Positions 58,998 through 64,000 of a stretch of DNA of 64,000 nucleotides are shown one piece after another. The stretch is taken from the NCBI RefSeq assembly GCF_003073045.1, contig NC_037593.1, positions 29,393,367 to 29,457,366 of the forward strand, read 5' to 3'. The first letter of the stretch is position 1, and the number at the start of each line of letters is the position of its first letter. This DNA comes from Pomacea canaliculata (lineage: Eukaryota). The notes beneath the pieces were generated by a model that searched no databases, was not told the DNA's origin, and saw nothing but the letters and a program-made list of their open reading frames with translations. The position numbers were made by a program, and so were the translations under genes.

Positions 58998-61691
58998 ATC
59001 TTTCAACACACACTGCATATGTCTACTCTCTATCACTCACACATACATCAACACACAAATTGACACACAGAAACACAGCATTGGAATGCTTCATCTAGGC
59101 TTTTGAAAGTCCTGCACATAGTGCATGCATTTATACACCTAGTGAAATTGAATATAATATTGTAGTCTGCAGAGGTGTTAAATTGTGTGCTTAGAATGCT
59201 TAATAACATGTCTGACATGGCAACAAAAGGCACATCAATATCAGGATGAATTCAAAGCCTAGGCACGTTGCATTGGAGAGATACAGATATTGATCAGTCT
59301 TGTAAGATTTTCACAGGATTTAACTCTTTGTGGCTTATACTGCTCTTGTTGCTAAGGGGCCTTAGCCAAGCTTTCGTTGTTCTTTTTGTTCCAGGTCTTC
59401 ATTTACATTTTCTTTTCTTGATTTCTCCCTCCTCTAACCCAGCAGCTTTCTAGTATTTTGTACTTTTGAATTGATTTCCTATGATGAAAATGCATACTAA
59501 ACCAAGGAAGTAATGAAGCAAGATCTCTGTAAAAAGTGGAAAAATCATTTTTTTTAGTATGAAGAAATTTTTTTCCCTTGACCTTCACTGTGTCAAAAAT
59601 GCAAGTACTTGTTCTTGTATATAGTAACTCACATATACATATACACACATATAGTGTACATATTTAAATTGTGTATAATGTCCATTTCTCCATACCCCTC
59701 AAGGGATGAATGAATAAAATAATAATAATATGTTTATTTGTTTAGCACTTTCTTTCCCACCATTAAAGGTGGGCTCAAAGCACTTTACTAAAAAGAAAAG
59801 AAAAAATGCCTACAACTTGAGATTTTATAAATTTGTAATGTGAACTGTTACAAAATCAGTATCAGGGTGTATCTATATATATATATAGAGATATCATGTT
59901 TTGTGAACATCTGTGAAGATACAGGTAAATATGTACATTCTAGCCAAATTAAAGTAAAGTGTAAAGATCATTTTGGGTGGAATTGCTTTTCGAATAGCTG
60001 GGTAAAGATCAGTGCAAATACAGTTTCCCCAAACAGGAATGAACACCCTCACCCTGTGCCAAAGTATTGTCAAAGTACACACCAACAAACCACCATGAGG
60101 AGATAAAAGGATCAGCAGCACAGACCTCAGGATTGTGCAAGAATACATTAACGTTGTGAAGAATACAGCAGATGGGAGAGCATGGACATAATGTTAATTT
60201 GGTGTTTGTGGACAAACATCACATCATTACTCTGACCTCATTCTGTACATGGTGATATTTGTAGGCAGGCATGTTTCAGAATGGAAGGGTTTGGGGAAAG
60301 TAGTATCTTGCACTGTGCTTTACGCAGCAGAAAATATCACACCCCACTAGACCCATAAGAAATATAGTATTTCCATCTAGTACCCTTACGATGGATTTTC
60401 CCTCCTCTGGAGTATGTCACAGTATGTCACAGTGTGTGCTGCATGAAACTAAGAATCTTCCAGCATCCCTCGCCCACCATGCACTCCTGCTAAACTTTTT
60501 TCAAACTGAAAACCTATAAATAAATCTAATTAGATTCACTCATGGCTATCCGTCACTCAGCTTTGCTGTCAGAGTAAACAGTTGCTCAGTCCCTCCCAGC
60601 ATTTACACTCTTAATCCACCCTCTGTTCACCAAAAACCGTCAGCCTTTCTGTAGTAAGCCCTCCGCCACCTGATAACGTTGTCTAGTGGCGATGACACTC
60701 AACCCCCTCAGGTATACCTTTAATTCCTATCATTGGTGATCCTTGTGTAGCGTCAGTGTGAGGCCGACCTGCAATGGCCTAGTCAGTGGCATATGTATAA
60801 GTGTGGATTAACTGTATGTGAGACAACAATGGGTTGAGCTAGAATGTTCAACTCTACTGCCTTGCAAACCCACATCGGCTTGGTTGGGGGCTGGGGTAGG
60901 GGAGGTCATAAAGGTGTGTTTCTATAGAATGGTTTTAAGTGGCTTATGCCTGAATGGATCTTCCTGATGTGTCAACCAAATGGGTGTTAGCAGAAAATAA
61001 AGCACGTCTTTCTTTAGGGGGTAGGTCCTGTAGGCGCATGCCCTAAGTGTTCTAGAATCAGAATTATTTACCTAGAGTTTTTAAAATAATTACAATAACC
61101 AAAGCATTCTAGATTTAGCATTTATATACGTGTGTACTATTTTGTAAACATCTACCCTAAGGTGCTAGAATTGTGCTCAAGAACAAAAATTAGGGTGATC
61201 CACATACGATGTTTAGATAAACATGAATTGAGTCAGTATAGAAAGAAACTTCAGCTCTTCAGTCTCCACTCTACAGGTAGACATTGCATGGATTGTGACA
61301 CTTTGAAAAGATGAATTAACTAATTACACACAGGGGAGGGGAGGGATTCCTGCAGTTTAGTTTGGCTATAGTGTGCACAGTTATGCAGAAGTGGTGGTAT
61401 TTATTTATTCTCCACTGGTGACATAAATAGAATCACCTTTGTGTTCTTGGGAAAAGTGGGTCAGCTACAACACAAACGATATACTGTAATTATTTAAGAC
61501 ATTTGATGGATGACATCTTGACAAGATATATATAGATATGTTGTATTTAATACACTGTATTTTGTTTATACAATGTATATTTTAATTAGTGTATCACATA
61601 AGATAGTACATTAGTCCTTTACACAGACGTTTTCTTCAGTGGCCTGTAATATGTTATTTAATTTCTTGCCTTTCCCGTTACTTTTTTGCAG

Positions 61692-62341
61692 ACAGCGAGT
61701 TGTCTCCCGCCAGGAAGGTGACAAGGCTACCTCTCCTTGACTCCAAGATGTCCCTCACCACTCGGCCTTCCGACCAGGCCTGCTACAAGCTGAAAACGTC
61801 ACTATCGATGTCACCACCGCAGACGCTGCCGCTGTCGACGATCCCCGCAAGCGAGAAAACGTCCGTCGACGAGGTCACTACCCGCGTAGCCACCATGGCA
61901 GTCAAAAAGCCTCAGGCGAAGTCTCGCATCAGAAGCCACATCGGAAAGTCGACCCAAGCGATCAAGTCGTCCCGAAACAGACCAAAGCAGGGCGATGCAG
62001 CACGGCAGCAGCAGCAGCGCCAGCAGCAGCACGAGCCGGAGGAAGCATCAGCCACGTTCAACGAGACGCTGCGGTGGGAGTACGTGGTGGAGAACACGGA
62101 GGAGGAGCGCGAGCGGGTGGCGGCCTACAAAGTCAACCGACGCCAGCGCTACCTGGCGGCGGCGCGGGCCAAGGGACTGCAGTGGGCGGTGGAGCAGGCC
62201 GCCCCGTCCCCACAGTCCGAGGACTCCGGAGTGGAGACTGCTTGCGCTTCGCCGGGGAGCTTTGCTGTCTACAGAACTATGCCGAGAATGCGAGTTGTTC
62301 AGAAGCAGAAAGCCTTGGCAGAGACTCTTGTGAAGTGTTAG
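61692..62341 (+). CDS. GC-rich terminal coding exon of an unidentified protein. It is tentatively joined to exon 54666-54870 (phase-compatible, giving 285 codons).
   Basis: Acceptor cttttttgcag|AC, entered in phase 1. A 216-codon open frame ...SPARKVTRLPLLDS...AARQQQQRQQQHEPEEASATFNETLRWEYVVENTEEERERVAAYKVNRRQRYLAAARAKGLQWAVEQAAPSPQSEDSG...AVYRTMPRMRVVQKQKALAETLVKC* ends at a TAG. GC content here is much higher than the surrounding AT-rich DNA. I did not recognise a family. Confidence 0.45.
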
Positions 62342-64000
62342 CTTCGCCATCTCCACGTTCTCGGGTGGTTTTTTTTTTTTTTGTTTTTTTTTTAATTCTC
62401 ATACTCTCCCCCACCCACTCCGCCCTACCTTCTCTCTCCCACGTAGCCCACCCGGCGTTACTTCCCTTTACCCTTCGTCCCTTGTGTGATTTTTCTTGGA
62501 GACGTCTTAGGTCAATTCTGTTACTTTTAGAGGCCTTTTAAGTATATAGAATGGTTAAATATGGAAATCAGTTATATTTCAAAATTCCGAGGAATAAACT
62601 TGGGCCAGGATATTTCTTTTCATCAACGGTTGTGATCTCGCTCAACGAACAAAATATACTCTGAGTACATGTTCGGGTATCTTACCTGTGATAGGTACAC
62701 ACATCGAATGTGGGTAAAGGGATGGCATTTTATTATAATCACCGGTATCACGTTAAAATAAAGGTTTCTACCTGATGTGAGCTGTAAATTTTTTATAACA
62801 AATATTTTATATTTGTGAGTGAGTGTTACGTCGTCTTCCTCAAATGTATTCTGCTGACTGTGATATATTTTAATGCTCTGATTACAGCATTACACCTTTG
62901 TGCTGTATAATATTAACTTTGAGAGGAGAAGGTGATAATGTCCTTAATATTGCTCATTGGTTCTGAACACGAAGTTAATGCACTCAGGTCACGTGATCTA
63001 GCAAGTCGAAGTTCTGGCGCGAGACCAGCGTCTCTTTGTTTTCTGCATGTAGTACTGCTCGTCTGCCCAACGTCCGTCCAATTCGATCTTTTTTTTTTAA
63101 TTAAACAGCTTTTTACAAATTTCTCTTGAAGACAAAATGTTTATTGAACGCTATAACTCCATGTATGCCTAATAAACAGATGTGACGTTGGCCTAGGGTC
63201 AGTCACGACCTATCTGGGACTTCCGACAAAAAAAGAGAACAATCCTCCTTACTCCTATAAACACAAATATATAAAAGATAGCGACACTTGTTCGCAGGTG
63301 ACGCAGACACTAGGAGGGCGCCCTACTCCTGCGTTCATTAGAGAGTTTGTTAATTTCATGTGTAAAAATTATAAAACATGAACTAATCTTCATTTTTATG
63401 CCTGTCACATTTTCTGTGGCATGATATAATGAAATCAGCAAGGTCTGGATTTAAAATATTAGAAGATAAAGAAAGTCCAGGAGGTTTCTGATGTATAATT
63501 GTGAAATAATATTTGTGCACTCATCTCTTCTTGAGTTGCCTCCGGAAAGGTTGATATTGACTACCATTTATGATAGAGTTGGTGTTTGTGGAAATTGCAC
63601 AAAGATTATAATTAGACTTTTAAGAACATGGTACCAAGGATGGTAACATTGTCTAATCGCGGAACAAAGCAGACAGAGACACACACAACGGATTGTTGGA
63701 ATGAGGGTGGTACTATCAGAATTCAGACATAACCTGATTTACCTTGGAGTTGAGTGACTTAGAGAATAGCACTGACGAGAGAATTTATTTGTGTGAATTT
63801 CACATTTACGGAAGTTGTTTTTGTTGAAGAATAAGGATCTCAATGATTTCTTATTTAATTTTAAAAGAATGTCATATACCTGTAATGTCCAATATCCAAT
63901 GGTTTCTTTTATGCATGATTATGTACACGTGATTTCCGCTGAAATCAACTTCATTAAATTATTTTTTTTTAATTTCCTAGCACACTTACATTAATTCACA

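Noticed and set aside
61811-62541. Overlapping ORFs 61811-62032 (minus), 61995-62333 (plus), 62048-62356 (minus) and 62074-62541 (plus)
   Set aside because: They lie in a GC-rich segment that is poor in stop codons. Only the plus frame entered from the acceptor at 61692 is supported; the others are Arg/Gly/Ala/Pro-rich artefact frames.

Overview
This window is eukaryotic (metazoan) nuclear DNA, not prokaryotic. Every gene is split by GT-AG spliceosomal introns, the background is AT-rich with microsatellites and homopolymer runs, and dispersed TE fragments are present. Reading the ORF track against known protein families gives eight protein-coding genes. Homology calls and splice sites were made by eye, and exon phases were checked so that every CDS sums to a multiple of 3.

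The genes:
1. A cytosolic sulfotransferase (SULT family) on the minus strand, 375-3895, with 5 coding exons.
2. An LRRC47 orthologue on the plus strand, 6751-11521, with 6 exons.
3. A ZNF593 orthologue on the plus strand, 15199-16594, with 3 exons.
4. A small HAD-superfamily (MDP1-like) phosphatase on the minus strand, 22849-23840, with 2 exons.
5. A complete major vault protein gene (MVP), plus strand, 28413-37956, 15 coding exons, 860 aa.
6. An RNF34/RFFL-family E3 ligase with a FYVE-like domain and a C-terminal RING, plus strand, about 42348-46861. Its terminal RING exon is tandemly duplicated and the upstream copy has decayed.
7. An EXO5 orthologue on the minus strand, 50624-54235, split into 5 exons, sharing a head-to-head promoter with gene 8.
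8. A tentative two-exon gene for a basic, low-complexity protein on the plus strand, 54666-54870 joined to 61692-62341.

Repeat content: a decayed LINE reverse-transcriptase fragment; two RT-tail (zf-RVT-like) fragments inside SULT introns; a 354-bp MITE-like element with perfect 14-bp TIRs and a 5-bp TSD; a roughly 565-bp tandem duplication; a short SINE/MITE-like dispersed repeat family; and several microsatellites.

I saw no rRNA, tRNA, CRISPR or prokaryotic-style system. The most notable content is the complete vault (MVP) locus, the intron-split EXO5, and the duplicated, decaying RING exon of the RNF34/RFFL gene.
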